64,000 nucleotides of DNA from Candidatus Kapaibacterium sp. (GTDB taxonomy: Bacteria > Bacteroidota > Ignavibacteria > Kapaibacteriales > UBA2268): positions 3,072,001-3,136,000 of the forward strand of contig OY761611.1 in NCBI GenBank assembly GCA_963664875.1. Direction: 5' to 3'. How positions within the stretch are numbered: position 1 is the first letter of the stretch; the number at the start of each line of letters is the position of its first letter. Positions 49,716-60,689 of this stretch are shown in pieces. The notes beneath the pieces were generated by a model. It searched no databases and was not told the DNA's origin. It worked only from the letters and a program-made list of their open reading frames with translations. Position numbers and translations under genes: made by a program.

Positions 49716-50277
49716 TCTCTCACGAAAAAAAATAGCTAAGAGATTATATTATAAAACTGCATACAATTATGCATATTTATTGGCGATATTGATCATAGCT
49801 TGGCTTTGCTCAATTATAGAAATCTATTTTGCTAAAAGTAAAATTCTACATCTAAAATTTAAAATATACCCGATATACAGATAATACATTTTATCAGTAT
49901 CCTTTGCTTTTTTAATTTTAGTAAAGTATTTTCAAAATCAATCGAAAATATTACCTAACGAGAGGCAATTTCCCAAGATTCTCTCGAACAATAGTCGATT
50001 TTAAAAAAAAAACAATTCTACAAGGCAGGTGATGAATTTTGGGTAAGGACAAGACTCCGAGATACTCAGCAGCAGAAATATTGACAAAAGGCTAAGGGTG
50101 GGTGGTGTCAATTTCTGTTTTGCTTGAGTAGTAATCGTCAAGAAAACATAATTTGTTTGAGGTTAGCCATATATATTTTCGGAGTTTGATAGCAACAATC
50201 TGAGTTAAAAGCACATTCTTCTACATAAAACAATAACAAAAAAAACCTGCTTCAGTTAAAACTAAAACAGGTTTTCG

Positions 50278-50359
50278 TGCGGAAAGGGGGACTTGAACCC
50301 CCACGCCCGTAGGGCACTACCCCCTCAAGATAGCGTGTCTGCCATTTCACCACTTCCGC
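50278..50359 (-). tRNA. tRNA-Leu(GAG)
   Basis: GCGGAAG/TTTCCGC acceptor, anticodon loop TTGAGGG, long variable arm, GTTCAAGTC T loop; CCA not encoded. Confidence 0.93.
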
Positions 50360-50541
50360 TTGATTAAGGAGACACAAAAATATACTATTTTGCCAAAATG
50401 TGCAAGCAAATTTTGGGTTTAAAAAAAAATGTTTGAAATTGATTGTCCTTTGAAAAAAAATATTTGTTAAATAAACCAATTATTCTTAAGTTTGTGTCTC
50501 ACTGATTGAGACAGGGCGTTTATCGCTCTTCTAATTTAAGT

Positions 50542-50612
50542 GGTGACGTGGCCGAGTGGCTAGGCAGCGGTCTGCAAAACCGCGTACGGAGGTTCGACTC
50601 CTCTCGTCACCT
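50542..50612 (+). tRNA. tRNA-Cys(GCA)
   Basis: GGTGACG/CGTCACC acceptor, GCGGT-CTGCAAA-ACCGC anticodon arm, GTTCGACTC; U discriminator; CCA not encoded. Confidence 0.93.
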
Positions 50613-50650
50613 CTTTTTTTGTATCTACTCACGAATATCGGGTATTTATT

Positions 50651-51214
50651 ATGGGATCTACTTCTGATCTTAGAGTTGGAGCCATTTTGAAATTTAATGG
50701 CCAAAACTGCCAAGTGATGGAGTTCGAGCATAGAACACCGGGCAAAGGTCAAGCCTGCTATCAGGTTAAAATGCGTAACCTGAACACAGGCAAAATCAAC
50801 GAAAACAGATACCGCTCCGGCGAATCTATTGATTTTGTTCGAGTTGAGCGCCACGAATTCCAGTATTTATATAATGATGGTGACGCTTTTTATTTCATGA
50901 ATAAAGAAAATTATGACCAAATTCCGATACAGGCTTCTGTTATTGGTGATATGTCTCGTTTCATGAAAGAAAACCAAGACGTTGATATTATGTTCGAAGG
51001 TGATACTATTCTTAGTATCGAATTGCCTTCTCATGTGCAGCTTGAAATTACTTATGCCGAACCGGGCGTAAGAGGTGATACTGCTACTAACGTTACTAAA
51101 CCTGCTACTTTGGAAACAGGTGCAGAAATCAACGTGCCGATATTTATCAACGAAGGTGATAAAATCGTTGTTGATACTCGTACCGGCTCATACGTAGAGA
51201 GAGTAAAGGCATAA
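50651..51214 (+). CDS. efp: Elongation factor P
   Basis: PGKGQA tip (Lys type), PGVRGDTA, KPATLETG, VPIFI..G, GSYVER. Confidence 0.96.
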   Translation: MGSTSDLRVGAILKFNGQNCQVMEFEHRTPGKGQACYQVKMRNLNTGKINENRYRSGESIDFVRVERHEFQYLYNDGDAFYFMNKENYDQIPIQASVIGDMSRFMKENQDVDIMFEGDTILSIELPSHVQLEITYAEPGVRGDTATNVTKPATLETGAEINVPIFINEGDKIVVDTRTGSYVERVKA

Positions 51215-51235
51215 GCCAAAATATAATTGCTTGTT

Positions 51236-51281
51236 AAGCGTGTTTTTTGTATTATCGTACAACTAAAACACGCTTTTTTTT
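51236..51281 (+). terminator. Terminator after efp
   Basis: aagcgtgtttt/aaaacacgctt plus T run. Confidence 0.7.
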
Positions 51282-51299
51282 ATTTATAGGCGATTTAAT

Positions 51300-51767
51300 A
51301 TGGACATCAGAAACATAGAAAAACTTGTCAAAATATTTGATTCAAGCTCCCTTACAGAACTCTCTATCGAAGAAGAAGGTCTAAATATATATCTTTCAAG
51401 AAACAAAGAAGTTATAGCTGCTCCTGCTCCGCATGTTACTTATGCCACAGCACAACCTGCTATAGCTACTGAAACTCCGACATCTTCTAAACCTGCTGCA
51501 ACAGAGGTAGCTCCAAAACCCGTAGATGGTCATCAAATTTGCTCGCCTATCGTAGGTACTTACTATTCAGCTCCGTCTCCTGATTCGGATCCTTATGTAT
51601 CAGTAGGTGCCAGAGTAAAAGTAGGGCAAACTTTGTGCATCATCGAAGCCATGAAAGTAATGAATGAAATAGAAGCCGACAAAGCAGGTGTAATTGCTGA
51701 GATTTTAGTAGAAAATGGTCAGGCTGTAGAGTATAACCAACCTTTGTTTGTAATAAAACCGGAATAA
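51300..51767 (+). CDS. accB: Biotin carboxyl carrier protein
   Basis: [18 protein letters not shown] biotinylation motif. Confidence 0.95.
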   Translation: MDIRNIEKLVKIFDSSSLTELSIEEEGLNIYLSRNKEVIAAPAPHVTYATAQPAIATETPTSSKPAATEVAPKPVDGHQICSPIVGTYYSAPSPDSDPYVSVGARVKVGQTLCIIEAMKVMNEIEADKAGVIAEILVENGQAVEYNQPLFVIKPE

Positions 51768-53117
51768 ATGCTGATGTTAAAAAAAGTTTTAATTGCTAAT
51801 CGCGGAGAAATTGCTCTTCGTGTCATTCGAGCATGTAAAGAACTTGGTATTAGCACTGTTGCAGTTTATTCTGAAGCTGATAAGAATTCTTTGCATGTAC
51901 GATTTGCTGACGAAGCAGTTTGTATTGGCCCTGCGGCAAGTCCCAAAAGCTATCTGAATACAAGAGCTATTCTTTCTGCAGCTGAAATTACTAATGCCGA
52001 TGCTATCCATCCTGGATACGGATTCCTTGCAGAAAATGATAAATTTGTTGATATGTGCAGTCAGCACGGATTCAAGTTTATTGGTCCATCTGCAGATGCT
52101 ATTCGCAAAATGGGCAATAAATCTGTAGCTAAAGACACAATGAAAGCTGCCGGAGTTCCTGTAGTGCCGGGAAGTGACGGTATAGTCAAAGACGCTAAAG
52201 AAGCAAGAACTGTCGCTGATGCAATCGGCTACCCTGTAATGCTAAAAGCAGTTGCCGGAGGTGGAGGCAAAGGTATGCGAGTGGTCAATTCTCCTGACCA
52301 ACTTGAAAATGCTTACCTGAATGCAAGCAACGAAGCAGCAACCTCTTTCAATAACCCTGACATATATATAGAAAAATTAGTCGAAGGATCGCGGCACATA
52401 GAGATTCAAATCATTGCTGACAGATTTGGTAATACCATCCATCTTAATGAAAGAGAATGTTCTACCCAGCGTCGCCATCAAAAACTTATCGAAGAAGCTC
52501 CTTCCCCTATATTAACTGCTGAATTGCGTCGAAAAATGGGTGAAATATCCGCTCAGGGAGCGAAAGCAGTGAATTATGAAGGGCCGGGAACTATAGAATA
52601 TCTCGTGGATAAAGACCTGAATTTTTACTTCATGGAAATGAATACAAGGATACAGGTAGAGCATCCGGTAACTGAAGAGTCAATGGATATTGATTTAATC
52701 AAAGAACAAATTTTGATAGCTGCCGGAGAAAAGTTATCTTTGAAAGAAGGCGAACCGCGTCAACATTCAATCGAATGTAGAATTAATGCTGAAGACCCTG
52801 AAAGAGACTTTATGCCGACTCCGGGCAAGATAGAATCTTTGCACTTCCCTGGAGGTAGAGGTATCAGAGTAGATTCGCATATTTACGCTGGCTATGTGGT
52901 GCCGCCCAATTACGACTCAATGCTTGCAAAGCTTATTACTTTTGCTCCGACAAGAGAGGAAGCTATTAGAAAAATGAGCCGTGCTTTGGACGAATTTATA
53001 ATAGAAGGTGTTAAAACTACAATACCTTTCCATAAAGCAATGATGAGGAATCCGGACTTTATAGCCGGAAACATAGATACAAAATATTTGGAAAGAAATG
53101 ATTGGAAGTCTTTCTAA
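51768..53117 (+). CDS. accC: Biotin carboxylase
   Basis: [40 protein letters not shown]. Confidence 0.96.
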   Translation: MLMLKKVLIANRGEIALRVIRACKELGISTVAVYSEADKNSLHVRFADEAVCIGPAASPKSYLNTRAILSAAEITNADAIHPGYGFLAENDKFVDMCSQHGFKFIGPSADAIRKMGNKSVAKDTMKAAGVPVVPGSDGIVKDAKEARTVADAIGYPVMLKAVAGGGGKGMRVVNSPDQLENAYLNASNEAATSFNNPDIYIEKLVEGSRHIEIQIIADRFGNTIHLNERECSTQRRHQKLIEEAPSPILTAELRRKMGEISAQGAKAVNYEGPGTIEYLVDKDLNFYFMEMNTRIQVEHPVTEESMDIDLIKEQILIAAGEKLSLKEGEPRQHSIECRINAEDPERDFMPTPGKIESLHFPGGRGIRVDSHIYAGYVVPPNYDSMLAKLITFAPTREEAIRKMSRALDEFIIEGVKTTIPFHKAMMRNPDFIAGNIDTKYLERNDWKSF

Positions 53118-53154
53118 TTTACTTAATTTAATAACCTATTTCGGAGTATAAAAA

Positions 53155-53532
53155 ATGAACTTTCCGGAAAACCTAAAGTACACAAAAGATCACGAATGGA
53201 TCAAAGTAGATGGTGATGTTGCTTATATCGGCATTACTGAACACGCTGCCGGCGAACTTGGCGACGTAGTTTATGTTGACATTCCTGATGCAGAATTAGA
53301 ATTTGCAGCAGAAGAATCTTTTGGTACTATCGAAGCTGTAAAAACAGTAGCAGATATGTTTGCTCCTGTTGCAGGCAAAATTATTGAAGTTAACGAAGCA
53401 TTGGAAGGTGCTCCTGAAACTGTAAATAAAGATCCTTATGGTGACGGTTGGATTATCAAAATCGAAATCAAAGATGCTGCTGAATTGGATAACTTGATGG
53501 ATGCTGCTGCTTATGCAGAATTAATCGGCTAA
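53155..53532 (+). CDS. gcvH: Glycine cleavage system H protein
   Basis: YTKDHEW, IEAVKTV lipoyl Lys, VNKDPYGDGW. Confidence 0.95.
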   Translation: MNFPENLKYTKDHEWIKVDGDVAYIGITEHAAGELGDVVYVDIPDAELEFAAEESFGTIEAVKTVADMFAPVAGKIIEVNEALEGAPETVNKDPYGDGWIIKIEIKDAAELDNLMDAAAYAELIG

Positions 53533-53756
53533 TTTCTAAAGCAAGTTTTTATGTGAAAGCTCATCTGATTTGAATAATTGGATGAGCTTTTTACTTATCA
53601 AGTCCCTAAGAACATATTATCTCAAAACCAAGATACCTGTTTGCTTTTGCAAACAACCCAATATTTGTAACTAAATGTCTAAAATACTTGTTATTCACTT
53701 GTTTCCAGTGAAGAATACAGTTCGTAATTGTATGTAAATCCTACATGGTGCATTGT

Positions 53757-53782
53757 TGAACAAGGGGGTTGAACCCCTTGCC
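53757..53782. repeat. REP-like palindrome, sister of 26457-26482
   Basis: tgaacaagggggttgaaccccttgcc vs tgaacaaggggcttcagccccttgcc. Confidence 0.7.
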
Positions 53783-53904
53783 ATTAAACATACTAGAAAA
53801 TAAACAGCTTTATTCAGAAATTATAAAATAAAAAAAACCACCCTTGTCAGAGTGGTCTTGTGCTGCTTTTAGGTTGTATCATATTGTTATACATAATCTT
53901 AAAA

Positions 53905-54711
53905 CTAATTGCTTAACTTAAATTCGATAGGTATGCTCATCCAGCAGGAACAAGGTTTACCGTTTTGAATCGCAGGTGTGTAGGTCGATTTTTTGACGGC
54001 ACTTATTGCTGCTTCGTTAAGTAGTAAGTTGTCTGAATGTTCTACGATAAGTTTTGTTATTGTTCCGTTAGGTCCAATTAGTACGTTGAGTAATACAGTT
54101 CCTTCAATTCCGGCTTGTTTTGCAATGCGCGGATAAATTATATTTCTGCTGATTTCGCTTATGTCCACATTTGGCGATTCTGTAACTTCCCATTGCTCAA
54201 AAATTTCTTCTTGTGGAGCAGGAATATTTCGTGTGTCAATTTCAAACTCATCTTCTTCACCAAACACAACATCAATCAGTCCTTCCAAATCACTAATATC
54301 TGTGTCTCCTTTTTCATGACTTGAATATCCCATGTTTTCAACTGTTGAAATATCATCTGTCATAATAGCTTCTGCGTCATTGACTACTCCTACAAATTTA
54401 CCGGCGACAGTTTTTGTTCCTGAAATTACAGTTGTAAAAACTGAAATAGGAATTTTAACCATTGTTTTATTAGTTAATTCATCCAATCCAAAATCCTTAA
54501 GTACTGTAGGTTCAGTCCCTTTAGGTGTTGTTGTGTCAGGAGCGTTCGGTGTTGTTCTGAAACTTGCTATTATAAATCCCAAAACGATAGCTGAAGTAAA
54601 TAGCCCAATAGTAAGACCAAAAGAAGTCAGAGTAGCACGCTTCATATAAGATTTAATTTCCTGAGCTCCATAGCGAGTTTGAGCTGCGATGTTTTTCATT
54701 TGCTTTTTCAT
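53905..54711 (-). CDS. Energy transducer TonB
   Basis: YGAQEIK N-terminus, one TM, IIYPRIAKQAGIEGTV..TPAIQNGKP C-domain. Confidence 0.88.
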   Translation of the reverse strand: MKKQMKNIAAQTRYGAQEIKSYMKRATLTSFGLTIGLFTSAIVLGFIIASFRTTPNAPDTTTPKGTEPTVLKDFGLDELTNKTMVKIPISVFTTVISGTKTVAGKFVGVVNDAEAIMTDDISTVENMGYSSHEKGDTDISDLEGLIDVVFGEEDEFEIDTRNIPAPQEEIFEQWEVTESPNVDISEISRNIIYPRIAKQAGIEGTVLLNVLIGPNGTITKLIVEHSDNLLLNEAAISAVKKSTYTPAIQNGKPCSCWMSIPIEFKLSN

Positions 54712-54762
54712 AACTATCTCTCCTTTTAGAGGCGTATAGAGTTTAATATTCCCTTTAAAAGG

Positions 54763-54791
54763 AAGACACAGCTAAGCAAAAAAAGGTTACA
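54763..54791 (-). promoter_or_regulatory. Candidate ECF sigma promoter of the tonB gene
   Basis: Minus strand TGTAAC-N16-GTGTCT resembles ECF -35 AAC / -10 GTC motifs. Confidence 0.45.
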
Positions 54792-55042
54792 CACCAATTA
54801 CAAATATTTTTAGATGTTTTGAAAAAATATAAAACAATATTCATATAGATATTACTAAGTATCTTGAATATAAAGAGTTTCTTTGTGTTTGTCGGATATT
54901 GAAATATTTTACTTGCTGACCAAAAAATCTATCTAAGGTTTCTTTACTATTGTTTTTGTAAATTTGTAAGTGATAAAAGTTGCTTTTAGGATTAAAGATA
55001 AGCACTTTCGCAACTATCTGTACCAAGAAATAAACTGATGTA

Positions 55043-55651
55043 ATGACATATATAAAATACTTATTTCTGCTTTTGTTTCTTTGTGTGCCTTCAATAAAGG
55101 CAAACGAACTGCAGTCATATAACATAAAAGACGCAAGAGTCCTTTATATGAAAGCAACTAAAGACGAAGAATTGCTAGATTCGGCTATTTCTTATTTTAA
55201 AAAACTGGGCAAGTCTGACTCAGCTCTCGAAGGAGTGTCTGTAACATATATTGGCTCTCTGACTATGTGCAGAGCCGTCTTTACAGGATGGCCTCACAAA
55301 AAAATTGAGTGGGTCAATACCGCCCTACCTATAATCGACAAAGGAATTAGCCAAGACACTACGAACATAGAATCTCTTTTTATCTATGGTTCTTCGTGCT
55401 ACTTTTTACCGTTTCTTTGGGATAGAAGCGACGGCGCAAAAGTCAGACTACTTAAAGTAGTTGAGCTAATAAACAAAGGTGAAGCCGATAAGCACGGTTA
55501 CGAGTGGGTGTATCAGGCAATTAAATTTATTTCTGTCAAGATTGATCTTAGAGACGAGGAGAGAAAATTAGTCGATGCCCTTGTCGAGAAATATACTAAA
55601 TTGGTATCTGCCAAAATTATAAAACAAACGGACGAATTTTTAGCACCATGA
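55043..55651 (+). CDS. Secreted hypothetical helical (TPR-like) protein
   Basis: Signal peptide; stop overlaps the ABC-F start. Confidence 0.65.
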   Translation: MTYIKYLFLLLFLCVPSIKANELQSYNIKDARVLYMKATKDEELLDSAISYFKKLGKSDSALEGVSVTYIGSLTMCRAVFTGWPHKKIEWVNTALPIIDKGISQDTTNIESLFIYGSSCYFLPFLWDRSDGAKVRLLKVVELINKGEADKHGYEWVYQAIKFISVKIDLRDEERKLVDALVEKYTKLVSAKIIKQTDEFLAP

Positions 55652-57528
55652 CAATATTTTCTGTAAACAATATAAGCAAAACTTACGGCGAAAGACTACT
55701 TTTTGATAATGTCGCTTTCGGTATGGAAGAAGGCGAAAAGATCGGCATTATCGGAAAAAACGGCATCGGAAAAACTACTTTAATGCGAATTATTGCAGGC
55801 TTGGAAGATCAGGATAGTGGCGATGTTATATTCAATAATGAAACTACATTCGAATATCTCGATCAGTTGCCTGAATTTGAATCAGAAGAAACGGTCTTAG
55901 AAGCGGTTCTTTCGTCTGATCCCTATTTATATGAAATATCTGAAGAATATAAAGATTTATGCGACAGCAATAGACCTGAAGATGCAAAACGCTTAGAAGA
56001 AATCACACATATTTTAGACGAAAAGAACGCATGGAACTACGAAGTTGAAGCTATGAAAGTGCTCACAGAATTGGGCATGACAGAGCTAAATAAACAGGTA
56101 AAGCATCTTTCCGGCGGTCTGAAAAAGCGTGTTGCATTAGCAAAAGCTCTTCTATCAAAACCAAAACTTTTGATTTTAGATGAACCTACCAACCACCTTG
56201 ATGCAGACTCCGTACAGTGGCTTCAGGATAGGCTTTCAGCTTCAAATATTTCATTGCTTTTCGTAACCCATGATAGGTATTTCCTTGATGCAGTTTCTAC
56301 TAGAATAATTGAAATCAGCGAGCAAAGAATATTTAATTATCCGGGCAATTACGAGAAGTATCTTGAGCAAAAAGAAGTATATCTTCAAACCAAAGAAGCT
56401 ACTTTAGAACATAATCTTTCTCGATTGCGTACTGAACTTATTTGGTTACAAAGAGGTGCAAGAGCCCGCCGCTCTAAGCAGAAATCTAAGATTGACTGGA
56501 TTGACGACTTGAAAAATCAATCCATCAGAGTTAAAGAAAAGAAAATTGAAATCGAACTGGGTAATTCTTTCCTTAGCAGTCGTGTAATCGATGCTCAGGA
56601 TATTACAAAAACTCTCGGCAATCGCCTCCTATTCAATAAGTTTACATATATAGCAAAACCAAAAGACAGAATTGGAATTATTGGTCCAAACGGTTCGGGT
56701 AAATCTACATTACTTAAAACGCTTTGTGGCAAAATGTACCCTGATCAAGGGAATGTACTTATAGGTGCTTCTACTAAATTTGGATATTTCGAGCAGGAAA
56801 TTGAAAGTTTAAAACCAACTCAAACAGTTCTTGGGACTATCCGAGAAGTTGCCGAATATATAAACGTTGGTGTAGGTAGAGACAGATACCTTACTTGCAG
56901 AGATTTATTGGATAAATTCCTCTTTCCACGCAAGCAGCAGGGAGCCTTAATAGAAACTCTTTCCGGTGGCGAAAAGCGTCGTCTTGCTTTGGTTAGAGTG
57001 CTTATGGCTAACCCGAACGTTCTTTTATTTGATGAGCCGACAAATGATTTCGACTTAGAAACTCTCACCGCTCTGGAAGAATATTTGGATAATTTCCTTG
57101 GAGTGCTGATTATTGTATCGCACGACCGTGCATTTTTGGATAGAACTGTTGATTTTATTTATGCTTTTGACGGAAAAGGAAATATCAAACAATATCCGGG
57201 TAACTACTCAGTATATCTCGAGAAAAAAGAAGAGGAAGCCCGAAAAGCAAAAGCTGCAAAGAAAGATGAGCCTAAGGACAAAAATGCCAATAAGCCAAAA
57301 AACACGTCCAAAAAACTTCCATACATGGAACAAAGAGAATTCGATCAATTAGAAAAAGAAATACCTGAATTGGAAGTAAAAAAAGCAGAGTTAGAAGAAT
57401 TGCTCGCATCAGGAACTTTGACCGACTACAAAGAATTGGAAGACAAAGCCGCTGAGCTAAAAGTTCTTGAAGATAAAGTTGATGAGGCTACGATGCGTTG
57501 GTTAGAGTTATCCGAAAAGCAGGAGTAG
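55648..57528 (+). CDS. ABC-F family ATPase (Uup-like)
   Basis: Two NBDs (GKNGIGKT/LSGG/DEPTNHLD; GPNGSGKS/LSGGEK/DEPTND), C-terminal coiled coil ending RWLEL. Confidence 0.9.
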   Translation: MTIFSVNNISKTYGERLLFDNVAFGMEEGEKIGIIGKNGIGKTTLMRIIAGLEDQDSGDVIFNNETTFEYLDQLPEFESEETVLEAVLSSDPYLYEISEEYKDLCDSNRPEDAKRLEEITHILDEKNAWNYEVEAMKVLTELGMTELNKQVKHLSGGLKKRVALAKALLSKPKLLILDEPTNHLDADSVQWLQDRLSASNISLLFVTHDRYFLDAVSTRIIEISEQRIFNYPGNYEKYLEQKEVYLQTKEATLEHNLSRLRTELIWLQRGARARRSKQKSKIDWIDDLKNQSIRVKEKKIEIELGNSFLSSRVIDAQDITKTLGNRLLFNKFTYIAKPKDRIGIIGPNGSGKSTLLKTLCGKMYPDQGNVLIGASTKFGYFEQEIESLKPTQTVLGTIREVAEYINVGVGRDRYLTCRDLLDKFLFPRKQQGALIETLSGGEKRRLALVRVLMANPNVLLFDEPTNDFDLETLTALEEYLDNFLGVLIIVSHDRAFLDRTVDFIYAFDGKGNIKQYPGNYSVYLEKKEEEARKAKAAKKDEPKDKNANKPKNTSKKLPYMEQREFDQLEKEIPELEVKKAELEELLASGTLTDYKELEDKAAELKVLEDKVDEATMRWLELSEKQE

Positions 57529-57538
57529 GAGTGTAAAT

Positions 57539-58699
57539 TTGAAGTATCTTTTAATTATACTGTTTTCTCTATCTCTTTATAATTGTATTGGGAGAGATAA
57601 GTGGGCATTCCTTGACATAAATGATTCATTTAAATATGTTACAATGAAGGATTCAGCAAAAGTATTTATTTTTAATTATAATATGTCTTGGTTTAATGCT
57701 AAGCAGGGGCTTATAACATATCAAAAAAAATATTCAGAAAGAGTAGATACAGGCAATACTTTCTATTTTCGAGATATTAAAGCAACAACAAATTACTCTC
57801 TTCTAACTTCTGATGGTGGGAAAACATGGAATAATATCTTCATAAGTGAAGGTAAATATCTTGGAGCTTTTAAAAAAAGTGAAGAACTTTATTATGCTTT
57901 AAAATTTGAAGATGGGGAAAAAAGTTTTGTCAAAATTTTCAAATTTAATGCGAGTGATTTGAAATGGCATCTATTCGAAAAAATAGAAAACTTTGATACG
58001 GGTTACTTTGTTGGAGTTTATAATCGTAAAGCTATTTTTAGGCATCAGCCTTATTCTGAAATAACTAAACATAGTTATTTTATGCAAATTGTGGATTTAA
58101 ATACGAAAATTATTGAAGAAATAGATATCGACATTCCAGGTTACACTGGTTTGTTTGAACATTATGTGTTTTTTCATAAAAGTAAAAATATGAAGTATTA
58201 TGAGCATGATACAACTCAGTTCTGTATAATAGATCTTGATAACTCTAATATAATGACTAGATTAGAAGTCTCTTCTAAATTATTTTTCCAAAAATATGTA
58301 AGACATAATGGTGCATATTACATTCTGGCAACTCTTAAATCAGAAGATTTAGAGAATCGTTCATTAAAACTTTATAAGATTCAAGAGGATAAATTTGAAT
58401 TTGTAAGAGACTTTGATGAAGGATTTGGTTCTTACGCAAAGTTTTTTATGTCAAGCGGTTCCATTCTTTCTATGGTAGTCAGTAACCCAACATTTTTGGG
58501 AGGTTCACTGAAGCTTTATCATAGTAATGATGACGGCAAGACATGGAAAGAAGACCCATTGAGTATGAGTATGGGTTTATCTTACTATGATTCATATGAG
58601 GCAGACGGTAAATTGTATCAGTGGTTTGATGCCCCTAGAGGTAAAATTCAGATACCCAAGTGGCAATATAATGAAATATATAAGAATATCAGAGACTGA
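57539..58699 (+). CDS. Hypothetical putative lipoprotein with Asp-box motifs
   Basis: LSLYNC lipobox-like; TSDGGKTW and SNDDGKTW; AT-rich. Confidence 0.6.
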   Translation: MKYLLIILFSLSLYNCIGRDKWAFLDINDSFKYVTMKDSAKVFIFNYNMSWFNAKQGLITYQKKYSERVDTGNTFYFRDIKATTNYSLLTSDGGKTWNNIFISEGKYLGAFKKSEELYYALKFEDGEKSFVKIFKFNASDLKWHLFEKIENFDTGYFVGVYNRKAIFRHQPYSEITKHSYFMQIVDLNTKIIEEIDIDIPGYTGLFEHYVFFHKSKNMKYYEHDTTQFCIIDLDNSNIMTRLEVSSKLFFQKYVRHNGAYYILATLKSEDLENRSLKLYKIQEDKFEFVRDFDEGFGSYAKFFMSSGSILSMVVSNPTFLGGSLKLYHSNDDGKTWKEDPLSMSMGLSYYDSYEADGKLYQWFDAPRGKIQIPKWQYNEIYKNIRD

Positions 58700-58707
58700 T
58701 TTATAGT

Positions 58708-59967
58708 ATGCTTTTTATCTATAACTACATATTTTTGCCGTTAGTGCTGATTTTCAAACCTTTTCTTAAGCTTCTCCTGCCTAAGTTCGGGGAAAGAGAA
58801 AATGCTGTATCAGAAACTTTGAAGTCGCTTGATAAAATCGATAAATCTAAGCAGACTTTATGGTTTCATGCTGCCTCTATGGGCGAATTTGAGCAGGCAA
58901 AACCAGTTATAGAAATGTTAAAGCAGAAAAGAAATGATATCAATATTGTTTGCTCTCTTTTCTCTCCATCAGGCTATAATACTCAAAAAAACTATGCTTT
59001 TGCAGATGCTGTTTTTTATCTTCCTCTCGATACCAAAGGCAATGTAAAGCGTATATTAGACAAGATAAATCCTCAAGCTCTCATCTTAGTCCGCTACGAA
59101 ATATGGCTAAATCTGCTTACTCAAACGAAAAACAGAAATATTCCATTATTCCTCATTGATGCAACTTTTCCTGCAGGTGCGCTTGCTAATATTAAATCTT
59201 TTATCTCTACTGCTTTCAGTAAGTTTGATAAAATTTATGCTGTGAATCAGGATGAAACTGACAAATTTATGGCAGCCGGAATATCTCAAGTGGAAACACT
59301 TGCAGATACTCGATTAGACAGGATTGCAGGTAAAGTTAAAGAAGCAAGGAAGTCTCCACTTCTTGATAAATCTATTTTTGGGGAGCGAAAAGTATTAGTT
59401 GCCGGCTCAACTTGGCAGCCGGACGAGAAAATAATAGCTACTGCTTCAAATGAAATTGGAATAAATAAACTCAGTATAATATACGTACCACACGAACCAA
59501 CAACTGAACATATAAAAGAATTGCAAAACCTAGTGACGAACACAATTCTACTTTCTGAATTGGAATCTCTCACCCTCGAAGTACAGAAATCAGAACTTGT
59601 AACAAAGCATATCATCGTGGATAGTATCGGCAAACTTCTCGGTCTGTATGCCCTTGCTGATATAGCTTATATTGGTGGAGCTTTTGGAGTAGGTGTTCAT
59701 AGCGTAACGGAACCTGCCGGATATGCTGTCCCTCTAATCACAGGTAAAAATAATACAAACTCCCCCGATGCACCAAAATTAGAGCAAATCGGCGCTCTAA
59801 ATAGTGTAAATACAGCGGAGGAGCTTACTTCCCATCTCCAATTTCTTCTCACAAGCACTGAAGAATACAATAACATCTCCAAACTTTCGGGCGATTATGT
59901 AAATAATGCTTTAGGTTCGAGTAATGTAATTGTTCAAAAGATTTTGAGTAATATCAGCAACATCTAA
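58708..59967 (+). CDS. waaA: Kdo transferase
   Basis: WFHAASMGEFEQ, FYLPLD, RYEIWLN, AGSTW, YIGGAFG, EPAGY. Confidence 0.9.
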   Translation: MLFIYNYIFLPLVLIFKPFLKLLLPKFGERENAVSETLKSLDKIDKSKQTLWFHAASMGEFEQAKPVIEMLKQKRNDINIVCSLFSPSGYNTQKNYAFADAVFYLPLDTKGNVKRILDKINPQALILVRYEIWLNLLTQTKNRNIPLFLIDATFPAGALANIKSFISTAFSKFDKIYAVNQDETDKFMAAGISQVETLADTRLDRIAGKVKEARKSPLLDKSIFGERKVLVAGSTWQPDEKIIATASNEIGINKLSIIYVPHEPTTEHIKELQNLVTNTILLSELESLTLEVQKSELVTKHIIVDSIGKLLGLYALADIAYIGGAFGVGVHSVTEPAGYAVPLITGKNNTNSPDAPKLEQIGALNSVNTAEELTSHLQFLLTSTEEYNNISKLSGDYVNNALGSSNVIVQKILSNISNI

Positions 59968-60094
59968 AACTTCTGTGCGTACTATCTAAATCTATCGCTG
60001 AATTGATATATATTTTCATGTGAAAATATATTTTACTATTTTGCTTCCTGTTTCACAAACTTAGACGCACCAATCGAAAATCCCAAGGTTTAAT

Positions 60095-60592
60095 ATGAAA
60101 AATAAGCTTACAGAAAAAGATATAGCTTCTTTAAAATATCAGGGTAGAATGAGCTATATCCTCTCAGGTATGTTCTTTGTCCTTGGCTCAGCTATTGGTT
60201 TTATGATTTATGAGATGGAGTTCAATTCAGAAGTTGCAGGTTTCAATTTCCAAATCGATTTGCTAATAGTAAGTGTATTCCTACTATTATCGTTTCTCAT
60301 GAGTCAGGCGTTGAACAGAAAATACTATGCTGATATCAGAAATAACGAGAAAATTGCTGAAATAAAATTGATTGAAAGGAAAAATGAAACCTCTGATGTC
60401 TCGCACAGAGAAACTATCAAAAAAACCGGAGCCGCTGATCGAATGAGAGATTATGCACGCTATGAGCTTATCATAAATAACACAAGATATAGAGTCGAGA
60501 AAGATTTTTTTGACAAGTGCAATGACGGAGATGAAGTGATTTTTTTCTATGCACCAGTGAGTAAACATCTTTTAAGTATAGAGAAGAAATAG
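60095..60592 (+). CDS. Hypothetical two-TM protein
   Basis: 165-aa ORF with two hydrophobic segments. Confidence 0.6.
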   Translation: MKNKLTEKDIASLKYQGRMSYILSGMFFVLGSAIGFMIYEMEFNSEVAGFNFQIDLLIVSVFLLLSFLMSQALNRKYYADIRNNEKIAEIKLIERKNETSDVSHRETIKKTGAADRMRDYARYELIINNTRYRVEKDFFDKCNDGDEVIFFYAPVSKHLLSIEKK

Positions 60593-60604
60593 GGGCGTAA
60601 ACAA

Positions 60605-60650
60605 AAAGGATGTTAATAAAGAAAACAATATTCTTTATTTTACATCCTTT
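60605..60650. terminator. Bidirectional terminator
   Basis: aaaggatgt-aataaagaa/ttctttatt-acatccttt long stem. Confidence 0.6.
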
Positions 60651-60689
60651 CTAACTAATTGTAAATGTCATTTATTTGGGTGCTTAGAT

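Noticed and set aside
50270-50300. tRNA-Leu 3' end as the att site of an island
   Set aside because: No second copy of the tRNA 3' end was noticed in the window and there is no integrase.
50252-50854. ORFs 50252-50479 and 50531-50854
   Set aside because: They overlap tRNA-Leu, tRNA-Cys and efp; spurious.
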